Of a DNA stretch of 64,000 nucleotides, positions 14,957 to 28,765 are shown in pieces. Within the stretch, counting starts at the first letter, position 1. Each line of letters starts with the position of its first letter. Source of the DNA: the human T2T-CHM13v2.0 reference genome, Homo sapiens; the NCBI RefSeq assembly GCF_009914755.1, contig NC_060925.1; one strand, written 5' to 3'. The position numbers were made by a program, and so were the translations under genes. Below the pieces are notes generated by a model. The model was not told the origin of the DNA and did not search any database. It saw only the letters and a program-made list of their open reading frames with translations.

Positions 14957-15161
14957 CTTTCTGTTTTGTAGCCTCCAGCAACTCCTCCCAGAGGCTGGCA
15001 ACTTCACTCAGACGAGTGGTCACATTGTCAGAGGCATAGTGACCACCCTCAATCATCTCTTGGCCAGTTTTCTGTATGTTTTCCAGCTGGGTCTTATTAA
15101 CTGCCAACTCCTTTTCAAAGACTTGCTGCTTTTGAACCCTGCTCTTCAAGTTCTGTATGTC
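14957..15161 (-). CDS. SPTA1: SPTA1 exon 15 ([13 protein letters not shown]...EATKQK)
   Basis: T16 tract..ctcag|GAC ... AAA G|gtaaaa; 205 nt. Confidence 0.97.
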
Positions 15162-16506
15162 CTGAGATAAGATGAAAAAAAAAAAAAAAACCATTACCTG
15201 AAGAATGAGGGACAGAAATTTTGAGAATAAGAGGTTACTTCTCACTATAAATCTAACGAACGATGCTAACAAGAAGATAAAAGGGGGAAGTTTCCTAGTC
15301 CAACGTTTGAGAAATTCATGCAATGAATCCCTCTTTCTACATGTGGCAGACATGGCGAACTAAGCTGGCAATTTTTTTGCTGGACTTAGATATGGCTTGA
15401 AGATCATTTTGAATATGACACCCCATTCAAGCACTAACAATCAGAGCTGTCATGAAAGGTGAAAATTATCTTGCATTCCTCACCGCATACATGAACCTTC
15501 CATCCATTTGACCCATATAGAGATCTGTTTATTAAACATATAGTGGAGCCATAACTCATCTAGTGAATGCAAACACATATGAACAAGCTTCACAAAATGA
15601 AATGCAAGGATAAGATGTTCATAGCTCTATCAAGATATAAGAACAAAAGGATCAGAAGTATACATTTAAAACTAAATAATATCAGGAAAATAAACACTTT
15701 CAATAGATACCGGCCTAGAAATCAAAAGCCTAATTCTCATCCTGATGGTAAATGTGAAGGTTTGTAAACATACAAGTGTGTACATAATAGTTTATATTAT
15801 ATAACATTTTTGAGTGCAATATATGTGTTAGTACAACCCTAAGGAAGAGTAATCTATGGCACAGAGATAATTCAGGAATTTCCATAAACAAACTAAAGCA
15901 AAAATTCAAGCCCAGGTTTACCTGCTCCAGAGTTCATGCTTCTAACTTTTTGTTAAACCACCTTCTAAATAACTGCATAACTTTGGGCAACTCACTTCTC
16001 AACTTAGATCCTGGTTTCTTTAACTATAAAATAAGGGGCTGTTCTCTTCCAGCTATAAAATTTTATAAGTTTATATTATACCAAATATTTAGGTTACTTT
16101 TGAGTTCCTAGTAGTTTTCACACACTTTAAATGTATTGATGGGATTAGACACAACATTTACCTACTATACGGATGCAGAGGGGAGCAGAAAAGGTGAGAA
16201 AAGGTCAATAAGCAGCTCAATAAGGAACATTCCCTACCTTCCCCCATTTGGCTAAGAATCACCAGAAATTGTGCCAGAGGAAAGAGGTGAAGAACATCAG
16301 AATATAGGAAAACCAAAATCTAGATCCTTGATATTTAACTGTATAAATAGCCTTCAGGGATTCATTGCCCTTTTCTGAGCCTCTGTTTTGTCATCTATAA
16401 AATGAGGATCACCAGCTGAACGCTAAAGTTCATTTTACTCCAAGACTGTACTTCCAATGAAAGGAACTCCTGATAACTACATCCAGCTCCTGAAAACTCT
16501 GCCTAC

Positions 16507-16662
16507 CTTGTAATCTTCATCATCTGCCAACTTTTTCTTCTTGTTGATCCAGTTCTTTAGGTCATCTGAGTCCTCATACAGTTTTTGCAGAAGCAATGAC
16601 TCCTTCAGCAATCTACGTCTAGTGGCAGCCTTTTCACGTAGGGCATCCCGCCGGGCTAACAG
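16507..16662 (-). CDS. SPTA1: SPTA1 exon 14 ([10 protein letters not shown]...DDEDYK)
   Basis: ttgcag|CTG ... AAG|gtaggc; 156 nt. Confidence 0.97.
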
Positions 16663-16807
16663 CTGCAAAAACCATGAGTAAACTTACTGTCAGCACAACC
16701 AAATATGGACATGTGAGATTCGCTGACCACCCTGGTCACCATGCCCACCAAAACTCTTCTTGATTCTAGTGTGTAGGCACACAGAAGCTCTAGGCCCTTG
16801 GACATAC

Positions 16808-16885
16808 CCCGTCACGGATAGCCTTGATGTTCTCTGAATCATAATGGTCATCACCAATCAATTTGGTTGCAGTCTTGTCTACAGT
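16808..16885 (-). CDS. SPTA1: SPTA1 exon 13 ([26 protein letters not shown])
   Basis: tttcag|ACT ... GGG|gtatgt; 78 nt. Confidence 0.96.
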
Positions 16886-17214
16886 CTGAAAAAATAAAAA
16901 TAAAAATGAGTGCTTTTCCTTCAGTGACCACTGAGTAAGTGGCCATAGTTTGGGTAGCTGTTTAAAGATGAAGAACAGCAATGTGGGAGGAGAAGTTTGA
17001 AGGCCAGCAGATGTAAGTCCTTATTCAGGTTTCTGTTATAAATTGTATTTCAAAATATATACCTCAGGGCATGTCAATTACATTCTCTGTACCACAATAT
17101 TTTTTAAATACAGGTTACAGTAAATGAATGCAGATGTTGCTATGAGATGATTGATTTATTCTTGTCTTCAAGGGGAAGCACTACCAATGATATAGCCATG
17201 TCCATGGCCAGTCT

Positions 17215-17336
17215 GTCCATCCATCTATCTATCCGTGTATTCATCTCTCAAATATATCTCTATCTCTATCTCATCTCTACCTCTATCTCTATCTCCTTCT
17301 ATCTCTAGCTCTAGCTATATCTCTATCTCTATCTCC
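17215..17336. repeat. Degenerate (TCTA)/(CTCTAT)n simple repeat
   Basis: atctctctatctctatctc...ctctatctctatctcc. Confidence 0.8.
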
Positions 17337-18441
17337 AGTTACGTAGGAGAAGAGTCAGAAATTATAGAGGTAAGTTTTCACCCTTGTTTAACCAGAAATC
17401 CCCCAAATTGCTAGAGCTCAGAATTAATTGATTGGAATAAGAAAATGATCTAAAATAAATGATAACACTTTATAAACAATAAATTATTTTACACTGTTAG
17501 CTTTGACCAATGAGAATCAACAGAAAGGACACACATATCAATTAATGAGGGACTTGATATTAATTGGACTTCCACCTCTTCACCATATTGATTTAAGATT
17601 AACAGAGAAGACTAGGAATTTGCCTGTTATTTTTGTTGTTGCTGCTGCTGGTGGTGGAGGTAGTGGTATGTATGTGCATGTGGCAAGGGTGGTGTTAAAG
17701 TCAGCATCATCCTAGGAACAGCCAGAGACATACAATGTATTGGACCCATGAAGTCTTCCTTTCACTTCTCTGAGTCCTGCCTTCACATTCACCAGCTTTC
17801 TGGGACATTGTAACTTAAGGCCCACAGGAAAACTCTGTAGTCATATATGATGAAAAACAGAGATAAAGATATACTATAAAGGAAAAATATGCTGTAAAGG
17901 AAAAGAGTAGACAGTACTTAGATATCTAGATGTTACCAAGGAAGAGAAAATTATATTAAGGTATTGCTAGAGAGGAAGAAATGAAAAAAAATAAAATTTC
18001 TAAGTAATGATTCTATACTGAATAAGAATTCAATAATTTCTATTTACACTGAAGAAAATATAAAACAAAACCATACACTTCATCAGAAAAAAAAAACATG
18101 GCTACCATCTAGAAAAACTTTCCAGATATGCTTTGTAGAACAAGAATTGTGTGATAAAAATTGGTATGAGTATTTTTCTGGCTATTTTCACTTTTTTTCT
18201 AAAGATTAGTATTAAGTTTTGGCTTTCTCACTATATAAACATTTTATGTTTATAAAATTAAAGAGTTTGAAAAACACACAAATAAACACACCAACAACGA
18301 AAGAAGAGATGCAACTTGATTAGGGATAATCCTCAGGCTATGTCTGGTAGTTACAGGAGCAATGCTGTCTGGGGACAGGTATTGTGTAAAATTATGTATA
18401 CAGAGAGGGAGCCAATGCCCAAACTAGGGCCAATTTCTTAC

Positions 18442-18552
18442 TATGATCTTCTCTTCCTGGGCAGTAAAGGCTTCCTCAAAGTCTTCATGCTTCTGAAGAA
18501 GGGCTTCTGCACTGCCCAGTGAGTTTCCCAGATCCTCGTTTTCCAGGAAGGC
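18442..18552 (-). CDS. SPTA1: SPTA1 exon 12 (AFLENEDLG...QEEKII)
   Basis: ctacag|GCC ... ATA|gtaaga; 111 nt. Confidence 0.97.
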
Positions 18553-19157
18553 CTGTAGAAGACAGAAAGACACACCTAAGCTGTGTCTGACCGGTAAGAA
18601 ACATTCCTCTTGGCATATCTCTGAGACAAGGACTAAGGCAGGAGGGAACAAGGTGGGAATTAGCACACATTATGATAATGGGTAGAAATTAACTTTAAAC
18701 AGCAGGAGTTTCAGGCCTCCTTCCTGATACTCTCATACAATTTTCTCACCTATGTTTCTGGGTCTGTCCACATGGAATTCCTCAACCAGTCTAGACATTA
18801 TTCTGAGCTCTCAAAACTGCCTCAAGTGGCCTACTCACCTCCACTCTGATGTACCCTGCCTGACTCATCAGTTTTCTCTTCCTGACCCTTTACCAATTTG
18901 ATATTTATTTTGCCTTATTTCAATTGTAGTTAAAGCCTCTCTGCTATGTATTTAAGTATATATGCTTTTGTTGATGAGGGAATTGTAGGAGCCTTATAGA
19001 AAGGGCCCATCTTTTCTTTTTCTTGTGGATCACCCTTTAGTTCCCAAGACAAGCTCTGACTCACAGGAGTGGTTGTGAGGGAACTCATGGTAGTCATGGT
19101 GGCAAATGAAGGGTGAGAGAAATTACTTCTAGAGATGGTATGGACCCCTCCCGTTAC

Positions 19158-19295
19158 CTCTTGTCTACTCATCCAACTGTCCACTTGCTCACTGTCTCTG
19201 TAGAAGAGATGAAAGTCCAAGCACTGCTCATACTGACGATGACGCTCGTCCCACAGTTCCAGCAGGGCAGTCCAGTTGTTGTCAAGTATTTCCAT
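19158..19295 (-). CDS. SPTA1: SPTA1 exon 11 (MEILDNNW...WMSRQE)
   Basis: ccaaag|ATG ... GAG|gtaacg; 138 nt. Confidence 0.97.
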
Positions 19296-19873
19296 CTTTG
19301 GAAAGAAGGAGATAATGTATATGGAAGATAATTAATTTATTTTATTCTATATTTATTGAGCATATAATAAATGCAAAGCCATTTAAGGATACAAAAATAA
19401 ACAGCAAATGGGCTTTTAAGATTCCAACTTTTAAGCAAATGATTGTACTATAGGAAGAATGGGATAAATTCCATAAAAGAGGTAAAACACTATATGTATA
19501 AGGAAATGAAAAAGACTAATTCTAATTAAGAGAGCCAGGAAGTAGAAGTATGGGAAAGCATGGAAAATCTCATACCAAACAGAGATTTAAAAGGTAGGGA
19601 ATGGGTATCAGGACTTAATGCCATAAGCAAATGAACTGCAAATAATTTTTAGATAATGTAATGTGAGCTAGAGAAAAGTGCAGTGTCTAAAAAAGTGTAG
19701 ACAGTCAATGAAATCCAAGTTCATAGAGCACATAAAACATCACACTGAGAAGTTTGCATTTTATTCCCAAAACAAATAAAAACCATCAGGGAAAGAGAGA
19801 AGAGACATTCTCAAACACATGAAAAAGCCTTTGTTTCTGGTCAAGCATGTGCCCAAGAATTTCCAGCTTGTTA

Positions 19874-20226
<353 letters not shown>

Positions 20227-20954
20227 AAAAAAGCAGAATAAACTATCAGAATCCCAGGATAACTGTTAAGTTTTTAAGTACTTTTGAGTTCTGCTTTTTC
20301 TTTGACAGATCCTTGTTAAAATAAAAAAAACTATATTATAATGTCCCCACAGAGTTCTGGGAGAATTCAAAACTCGGTTATCTCAACCTCATCCACTGCA
20401 CAGTGCTAGAGGCTGTGCTTGGCATCTAGTGAGATGCAAAGAGGCATGCGGATCTTACTGTAACTATCATTCCAAGGTGTGCCTAGACTCTGCCACTGGT
20501 GCAAAATCTCTCTGGATCAAGGTGCAGAGGTGAAGCCCTATGATGTAGGAGGTTAGGATGATGGTAAAACTGATTTCTTCATTCAGTGGAATGCTGGGTG
20601 TTTAAGATTGTCCTGTTATTTAATGCAAATTTGAAAATCACAGATGCAGGAATGTCAGCTTAATTTGAGATTGTATAGAGGAAAGAAGAACATGCACAGA
20701 TGTCAACCATGTCAGATGCTGTACTAGGCACTGTGGGGAACCCAGAAATGAATAAGGTGCAGTCCTCCTGGAGTTTACAGTCTAGAGATGAGCATGGGAA
20801 GGTCACGAAACTGGGCATACATCAGGAGGCAAAATGGAATGGAGGTTTCAAATTAGGTAGAAGTCAGAGGGTTGATGAAATAAATGCTCAGAGATGAGGA
20901 AGCACACATCATGTCTTGAAAATTTCAAGTGACTCAATTTAGCAAAACAGTAGA

Positions 20955-21271
20955 GTTAACTCCCCATATCTGTAGGTTCCACACCTGTAGATTTAACCAA
21001 CCATGGGTATAAAATATTTTTTAAAAATTCCATCTGTACTGAGCATGTACAGACTTTTTGCTTATTCCCTAAATAATACGGTATAACAATTATTTACATA
21101 GCATTTACATTGTATGAAGTATTATAAGTAATCTGAAGATAATTTAAAGTGTACAGGAGAATGTACATGCATCGTATGCAAATATTATGCCGTTTCTTGA
21201 GCATCTGCAGATTTTGGCACCTGAGGGAGGTCCTGGAACCAATGCCCCATGGATAATAAGTGATAACTGTA
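20955..21271. mobile_element. MER2-like TcMar-Tigger DNA transposon remnant
   Basis: tatttacatagcatttacattgtat...ggtcctggaaccaat.ccccatggata resembles the MER2 consensus as I recall it. Confidence 0.7.
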
Positions 21272-21426
21272 TATGAAAGGAAGCAGTGTAAAAGTTTGAT
21301 TCATATTATTAACACGTTTAAATGACTTCTATTCTTTTCCCATTTAGAGATTATCATATTATTGTGAGATTATGTAATGACTACATATATAATTGGAATT
21401 TGACAAACTCTGATAAACTAGATTAC

Positions 21427-21528
21427 CTTTTCCCGAACTTCATCAGAGGCTTCATGATTGGCATTCACGAGGTCTTGACCAGTCTCATCAGCAGATTGAA
21501 ATCGGTCATCGTAAGAGTCAATCTCATG
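21427..21528 (-). CDS. SPTA1: SPTA1 exon 10 ([10 protein letters not shown]...DEVREK)
   Basis: cacag|CAT ... AAG|gtaatc; 102 nt. Confidence 0.96.
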
Positions 21529-21637
21529 CTGTGGCCACAAAACAAAGTGTCTCAAAATGCAGCAAGAAACCTGGCATTTCTGGCATTCAGCCAAATAACC
21601 TGCCCCCTCCTCCTACTGGGCAGCCTTTCTTCTCTAC

Positions 21638-21773
21638 CTTATGCTGCTGATGCCTGTCCAGCAGAACTTCTCCACCAGCCACATCTGTTGGCAGCTCATC
21701 AGCATTGATCGCAGCAGTCTTCTCGTTCATCCAGCCTGAGAGTTCATCAAAGTCAGATGAAAATCGATGGTAC
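21638..21773 (-). CDS. SPTA1: SPTA1 exon 9 ([10 protein letters not shown]...HQQHK)
   Basis: cacag|G TAC ... AAG|gtagag; 136 nt. Confidence 0.97.
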
Positions 21774-22576
21774 CTGTGGGAAAAGTGAGGTAAAAGACAG
21801 GAAGGAGAAACCAGATATGAAAGGACATTGAACAAAGATTTAGGTTTGGGGTGAGGTAAGATGTGTGAGATGCTCCTTACTCTAATCCTAGGTTCCCTTT
21901 TTCCTGATTATTTCCTGTTATTTACAGTCAGAGATTAGTGGTGCAGGTTGTAAGTCCTTCACCCCAGGTTTTATATTTCTAGGGTACGTGTGTTGCTGTG
22001 GGATGTGACCCATGAGCATTACACCTCCACCACCTCAAGGTCACACCTACCCTAGAGGTACTTAAAATGGAGTAAGGTGCTCATAATGCAACCAATAAAC
22101 AATACATGTTGTTATATAAATAAGAATCACCTTATGGGAAGGAAGAACTAGAATTAGCGTTAGGATTCCTCATCTATCTAGCTCATCTTTAACCCTGTTA
22201 ATAAGAAACAAGAGCTGCAAAACAGTTTCCTATTTTAAAAAGTTAAATGCTCATCTTTTGTTTTGAAATCACAATCATATGACAAGCACTGTCCTCTGGT
22301 TATTTAAGGACTAACCATAAGAATTAATACTGAAATGATGCCTGATTATTAGGGGTTTTTGTAAGCTTGTAATCCACATTCAGGAAATAATACTGAAGTT
22401 ATTTTGATGCTCTTCAGCTTGTATTGCATGTCTTTCAGTTCCTTATCTAGAGTCAGAATTTTGAAATGTTTCTTCAGTTGCTTTTCCAGCTTTTTGAGCC
22501 ATTTCATAGCATCCCACAATAATACAAGCAGGGGAAGATGGAAATTTGCAGATGAGTGGAGGTGTGATGCTGATCA

Positions 22577-23063
22577 CAGGAGTCTCCCTTTATTTGTGGG
22601 AGATACATTTCAATATGCCCAGCAGGTGCCAGAAACTGCAGATAGTACCAAACACTATATACACTACATTTTTTCATATACCTATATGCCTATGATAGAG
22701 TTTGATTTATAAATTAGGTACAGCAAGAGATTAACAAACAATAACTAATGATAAAATAGAACAATTAAATAAAATAAGAATTATTTAAACATAAGCACTG
22801 TGATACTAAGACAGTCAATCCATAACTTAGACTGCTACTAAGTGACTAACGAGTGAGTAGATATACAGCACATATATGCTGGACAAAGGAATGATTCATC
22901 TTTCAGTGGGACAAAGTGGACCAGCCAGAAATTTTATCATGCCTCTTAGAATAATAAGCAATTTAAAACTTATAAGTTATTTATTACTGGAATTTTCCAT
23001 TTAACATTTTCAAACTGTGGTTGACTGCTGGTAACTGAAACCACAGATAAGGGGGTGCTACTA
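22577..23063. mobile_element. MER44-like TcMar-Tigger DNA transposon remnant
   Basis: degenerate inverted termini (caggagtctccctttatttgtgg / ccacagataagggggtgctacta); internal tataaattaggtacagcaagagattaac. Confidence 0.7.
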
Positions 23064-23238
23064 TATTATATCAGTCACAAAGGACTTCCTTTGGCAACTT
23101 AAATATTTTGTCTCTACTGAGCAGGCAGGAGAGCTGATTCTCTCGCTATTTGACTCCCTTTACTCTTATTTCTTCTCTCGCTATTATATCTGGGCCCTGT
23201 AGAGATAGGTAGAGCAATAAAGGGGAGGGATTTCCCAC

Positions 23239-23393
23239 CAATAAGTAGCCTGCAGTTTTTCATATCTGCTGGTGGCCAGGGCACGAATATGCTCCCAGCT
23301 GGAGACCAGATCTTCTTTCATCTCCTGGATCTGAGGTGCATCTGAAGGATGGGAAAGTGTCAGCTTCTCTGCTTTAGCACATAACTCCTTCAC
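23239..23393 (-). CDS. SPTA1: SPTA1 exon 8 ([10 protein letters not shown]...LQATY)
   Basis: ccaaag|GTG ... TAT TG|gtggga; 155 nt. Confidence 0.96.
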
Positions 23394-24787
23394 CTTTGGG
23401 ATGAAAAAGAAACCTAGTAGGAAATCCAAGTACTCTGACTCCCCCTGGCAAAGCTTTGTGGGAGAGGTATAAAAAATCATATGAATAATAATAATTTAGA
23501 AATCGACATATGAATAGATTTCTATTAATACACTAATGTACTACATTGATAATTACAATTCACTAAGTACTTTTCAGTCTCTCATTATGCTAAGTACTTT
23601 ACATGAATGTTCTCATTTTATATTATTCATTTAATAATACCATGAGGTAGGAATTACTCTTATTTTTCTTTTATGCGAAAACTGAGAGATTAAGTATTTT
23701 ATTTGCTTAAGATCATTCAGCTAGAAAATGTCAGGAGCAAGGTTCCAAACTAAGTTTTTCCTTCCCCACCCCTCTATAACATTTCCCTAAATATTACTGT
23801 GGGAGGCAGAAAGACATTTCTGTCCACAAGGCCAAGAAAATTTCAGTAATGCTGGATAATTTTCAGCACAACCTCTGAGGAGCAGGGTTACTAGGGCAAA
23901 ATGTGGATATGGGTGGGTTTTCACATGTTATTAGCCCTTTCATCATACTCAACTATAATCAGATGATGTCTAGGGATTGGAATTTCCATACCATTATTTG
24001 TCAACTTATGGGTTTTATTATTCATTATTAGGGAAAAAGACCAAAAACAACAACAACAACAAAAAGGAAGAATGAAAGAAAAAGTAGAATGGTGGAAGTT
24101 TGCAGAAACTGGACACAGGGACAGGCCTAAAATTAAATTACAGCAAATGTGGATCTTTCTGTGGGCTGACTCCCCTGTGCACTCTCAGTAGTAATTGGTT
24201 TACGTTCTGGCTACATTTGTGAGGGGAAGAAGTAAAGGATGGAAATCATTTAAGAAAATAGGCTTGTTCTAAGTTCTAGTGTGCCTGAGGTTTTCCAGGT
24301 TTTAAAAGGAAACCTAAAGGTAGGTTTAGCATTAAGTGTCTTGAAGTTTATTTTAAAAGGAGAAGACAATGTTTTTCTGATCTACTGAGTACAAAAAGAA
24401 TCAGGATTCAGCTGCAACAGAACAAAATGTGGTTAGATGAAAGGGTAGAGTCTGGCCACGGTGTATTTTACTCAGTGAGATTAGGAATCAACCTTGAAGG
24501 TATATTTGTTTTGTTTTTAAATTGTGAAATAAGTTAGGAAAACACAAGAGAATATAAAACATATGTGTATATTTAAATAAAAATAATTCAAATGAAAATA
24601 AGGTATATCCAGTATCCACGTACGAGTTATGAACTAGAATGAAGAAGCGTATTCAAGTGCACACAATTTCTTCTTCATTGAAAACAGTGAACTTATTGTG
24701 CTCTCTGGAGGCACGGTAATAGGCAAGATAATCAACAATTGCCTCTTCTAGCTCAACGGGTTAGCCATTTCTCTAACAGCGCATTAC

Positions 24788-24932
24788 CTTGTCACTCATG
24801 ACTGCAAGATTTCTCTCAAGTCCCTTGTGACTGTGAAACAGTCCTTCAGAGGCAACAAGGTCTTTGCCATAGTCCTCAGAGGTGAGTACAGGTTCCTTCT
24901 CCTTGATCCACTGGATGGCTTCAGTCACATCC
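24788..24932 (-). CDS. SPTA1: SPTA1 exon 7 ([13 protein letters not shown]...VMSDK)
   Basis: ctgcag|G GAT ... AAG|gtaatg; 145 nt. Confidence 0.97.
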
Positions 24933-25498
24933 CTGCAGACATTAACAAGAGCTCCAACCAAAGAAGATAGCAAGCATTACAGGGCAAACGGTCCAACAGA
25001 ACTCACAGCAAGGACCATCCTAGTTGACCCAGGAGCAATTATCCTTTCTTCCTACATACTAGCAAAAAGTAATATAAAATGTTCTTACTTAATGGTTATT
25101 TCTATTGAGATGTTAAGGTCCTGGGCTTCTTGACAGCTGAGCCTCTAGAGATATGTTCCATATCTGGGTCAGCTCCTTACGAATGCTTTTCTTCTTCCTA
25201 ACTCCACCTTCCATTTAATTATTAACCTGCTTCCCTTCCGTCTGCAGCGCTTCCATTCCTAAATTACCAATGCTACTTTTTTAGTTATTTTGATCTCCAA
25301 TCTCTACATCCTTGGACATAGAGTAGGTCACAGATTTCTTTACCTTCTCCTTTGCTGTCCCAAAGGCAAGTACATGATCCACTTTTGTTTGAAGTGTTGA
25401 CCATTAATTGCTAACAGAAGTAGAAAGAGCCTAATACAAAGACACGGTTTTTATAAAGCACTTCAAAGTTTTCTATAAAGCAGTGGCCAGATCCATAC

Positions 25499-25632
25499 CT
25501 TTTGAATCGTTGTAAGTTTGCAGCATTGGACAGAGCTTTCTGTCTCTGGAGAGCCAAACCACGAAGGCGCTCCCAGGCAGCATTCACCTCATTTTGCTTA
25601 GACTGAATTAAGGGTAGGTCAGGATGGTTTTC
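25499..25632 (-). CDS. SPTA1: SPTA1 exon 6 ([10 protein letters not shown]...LQRFK)
   Basis: caacag|GAA ... AAA AG|gtatgg; 134 nt. Confidence 0.97.
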
Positions 25633-26394
25633 CTGTTGAAGGAAAACAACACTGGAGTTATACAGAGATGAGATTATATTTAAAAAATTATTCAAACACT
25701 TTTCATTTTACATTAGTTCATACTTTTACAGAAGTGAAAACTGACCATTGTAGCCAGACACTGAACTTCATCATAGCCCTCCTCCCTAGCTCCAACTCGA
25801 TGCACACTACCAAAACCTAGAAAAACAACCTGCCAGATGTTGCATCTGTGCCCACAGCAGTGGACTAGCCTATTAGCACAGGTTGCCCAGCCCTGATGTT
25901 ATTTTTAGAGCTCCACCTTGTCAATGCTTGAGATCTCCTTGAAATCCTGGAAACCAAGGAAAAGAAGAGGAAATTCCTTTTATGAAATACAACTTAATTT
26001 TCTCAAAGACTAGTGCTGTGGGTCTTAACTTTTTTGTGGTCCTCACACCTTTGAGAATCCAATAAAAGCTATTTTTCTCTTCCCAGAATTATAGACACGT
26101 GCTTTCACGTATGATTTTGCATAAAATTTCAGGCATTTTTGCAAACCATCCAAAGTAGTGAGATCTGTGAATACTAGATTAAGCTGGAAGCATCAGTCTA
26201 TTTTCATACTTTGCAATTTTGAGGCATTCCCATATGCCTAAGTCTCCTTACTCTTCCTGTCCCTGTTTCTCTCCATTTTCATTCCCATTCCCAAGTCTCT
26301 CCAGACAGAATTTTCTCCATTCTCCTTCTCAAGTACATGGTTCTTTCTATTACAGCAGTGTAGGCCCCACTCGAGAGCACAGAATATAACCTAG

Positions 26395-26890
26395 CTGTGT
26401 TGGATTTATTCTTTCTATGATAGATTGGAAAAAATCGCATGCTATTTTGCTGCTCATCCCTTCAAAAGGTAGAGTATGTTTCCTCAAGTCTTGGATCTTG
26501 GATGGTCTTTAACTTGCTTACTGATAGAAAGTAGCAGAAGTAATTTTCTATGAGTTCCAGCACCTAGGCCTCAAGAAAACTTTCATTTTCTATTCTCACA
26601 CTCTTGTAACACTGGTATGTAAGAAGCATGGTCTACTGCATGATGAGAGGTCACCCAGAGATCTCCTCAATCCTCCCAAATCATCCTCACCAGGGCCCTA
26701 GACATGGGATTGAGGCCACCTTAGATCCTTCACCCCGGCTGAGCCACCTGATCACTTCAGACACATAAAAACGCCAGGTAAGATCAGGAAAACAGCCCAG
26801 CAGAGCAGCTCAATCATCTGATTCACAGAGTCATTAACAAGTAAGATGTTAAGTTTGTTGATTGGTTAGACAGTAATAGATAAATGAAAA
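26395..26890 (+). mobile_element. MLT1-type (MaLR) LTR remnant
   Basis: tagaaagtagcagaagtaattttctatgagttcc..ctaggcctcaaga and 3' cagtaatagataa resemble MLT1 LTRs. Confidence 0.6.
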
Positions 26891-27680
26891 ACTTCCACAG
26901 CAAGAGAAAAGTGATGGAGGTAGAAAATTTAGAAACTACTGGAAATATGGCCTGAAAGAAAAATAGGAAAACATAGGTTATTTTTCCTACTCCAGCACTC
27001 ATTCATTCTGAAGTCTTCTTTTTATTAAGTCAGGAAAATCATTCTCACTATAGAGCTGCAATCATAATGAAACTATAAATGGAAAAGCAAAATATAGCCA
27101 ACTGTTGGAGTTTATTTATTTTACATCTATATACTTACATCTACATGTAAACTTATATATATATACACATCACAAACTTAAGTATTTTCTTAAGTAAATA
27201 AAAGTAAAACCGCTTCCTTTCCTTCCTCGATCCTCCGAAATAATCTTGTATAATGATATTACATATGCATATATATGTATAAATAATGATAGCTCAACAT
27301 TATTTTATATGCTCTGCTACTTTATTTTTGTGTTTTTTCATGAAGAAAGAGTGCCCCATTAACATGAGTAATCAGTGTACTGCATGGTACAGAAGCTACT
27401 ATATAAATGGCAATAGCTTCACTGCCCATTGTGTATTTAATTTCTCCAAACACACAAAAACACACTCTCTCTTTCTCTCTCAACCCTCCATTTCAATAGA
27501 CTTGTAAGGGGTGGGTCCAGAGGGGAGAGGAAACTGTTCAGAATATGTTACTCCAGGAACATGCCAACCTCTGTTTTCTCACAATGCCCCATCTCCTTCA
27601 TATCCATCTACTAATGGCCAGAAGTTATTCTTAAGGATAAGAACCCTTTGCACGGAGTGAATATTTTGCTCCCACCTCAC

Positions 27681-27827
27681 CTCGGCACACTCATTGGCAT
27701 ATTGGTTCACTTCAACAACTCTCCCTTCTTTAGCTACCAGCTCCACTTGGAAGTCTTCAAATTTCTTATGCAGAACTTCGGTGCGCTCCCAGTCTTCACC
27801 TAGCTCCACTGATGTCGCTATAGCCTC
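27681..27827 (-). CDS. SPTA1: SPTA1 exon 5 ([10 protein letters not shown]...NECAE)
   Basis: ctacag|GAG ... GAG|gtgagg; 147 nt. Confidence 0.97.
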
Positions 27828-28624
27828 CTGTAGACACAGAAGTTGATTGAGTTGCCAGCAAACATTTAGGAGTTTCTGTAGGTCAAAAACTCAAAACTCC
27901 TGCTTGCATTCCCAGGATAACTCAAATGGAGATACTGGGGGAGACTGGGAGAAGCTCTCCTGGAAAAGGCCAGCAGCAGAAGTATATTTGTTAAGGTAGC
28001 ACCTTGGCACAAGGGAAAGTGCTCTTTCGGGCAGTTCTTTAGCAAGTTTGTGGCATTACTGGCAAGAGACCCTGAAAGTACCCTTTTGTGTTTTGAAACA
28101 TGAGGGATAAATTCATCCTGTTTCTACTCAATTCAACATATCAGTATCTATGAAAGTATTTTGTTAGGCATTTGCTTATCTAAATCTTTAGTCCTAACTA
28201 TTAAATTATTCCTTTAGTATTTAGAAAAATAAAACCCTCCATCTTTATAGGCACTGAGACACAAAGGATTAGAGAAAGAGCTGTCAATACTCTCAGCCAG
28301 ACCCCAGAGTAAGAGCAAAAACATAGGAGAAGGAGTTAAAAATCATGGAAGTGGAAGAGAGATGAGCCTAATTATCTTTCAATGCATGGTCTTTGTGTAA
28401 GTCTTGCCTTTTTCATATTCAGATCCATATGTTAAGACTTACTTCCATACAATGTTGACCTCCAGATACCCCTACATTTTGGCCCCAATTTCCTCTTGTT
28501 CCAAAGAACAAAGCCAGGAACAGACATCCTGACTTCCTTGTGAGTAGTCTGCAGTAATTTGCTATGGGGTACCTGGGACAGAGGAGTGGGAGGCCCTGTG
28601 TGATTGCTGTTTTAAGTTCGATAC

Positions 28625-28765
28625 CTTGTCTCCAATCCACTCTAAGATGTCAGCACACTCCTGTACATACTGCTGGAACTTCAGGGCCCGCAGCAACTGG
28701 TCACCCTTCTCCAGGGTCAGCTCTAACAGCAGGTCCCACAGGTGGCGTAGCTCCTCTATATGGGC
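28625..28765 (-). CDS. SPTA1: SPTA1 exon 4 ([10 protein letters not shown]...EWIGDK)
   Basis: ctaaag|GCC ... AAG|gtatcg; 141 nt. Confidence 0.97.
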
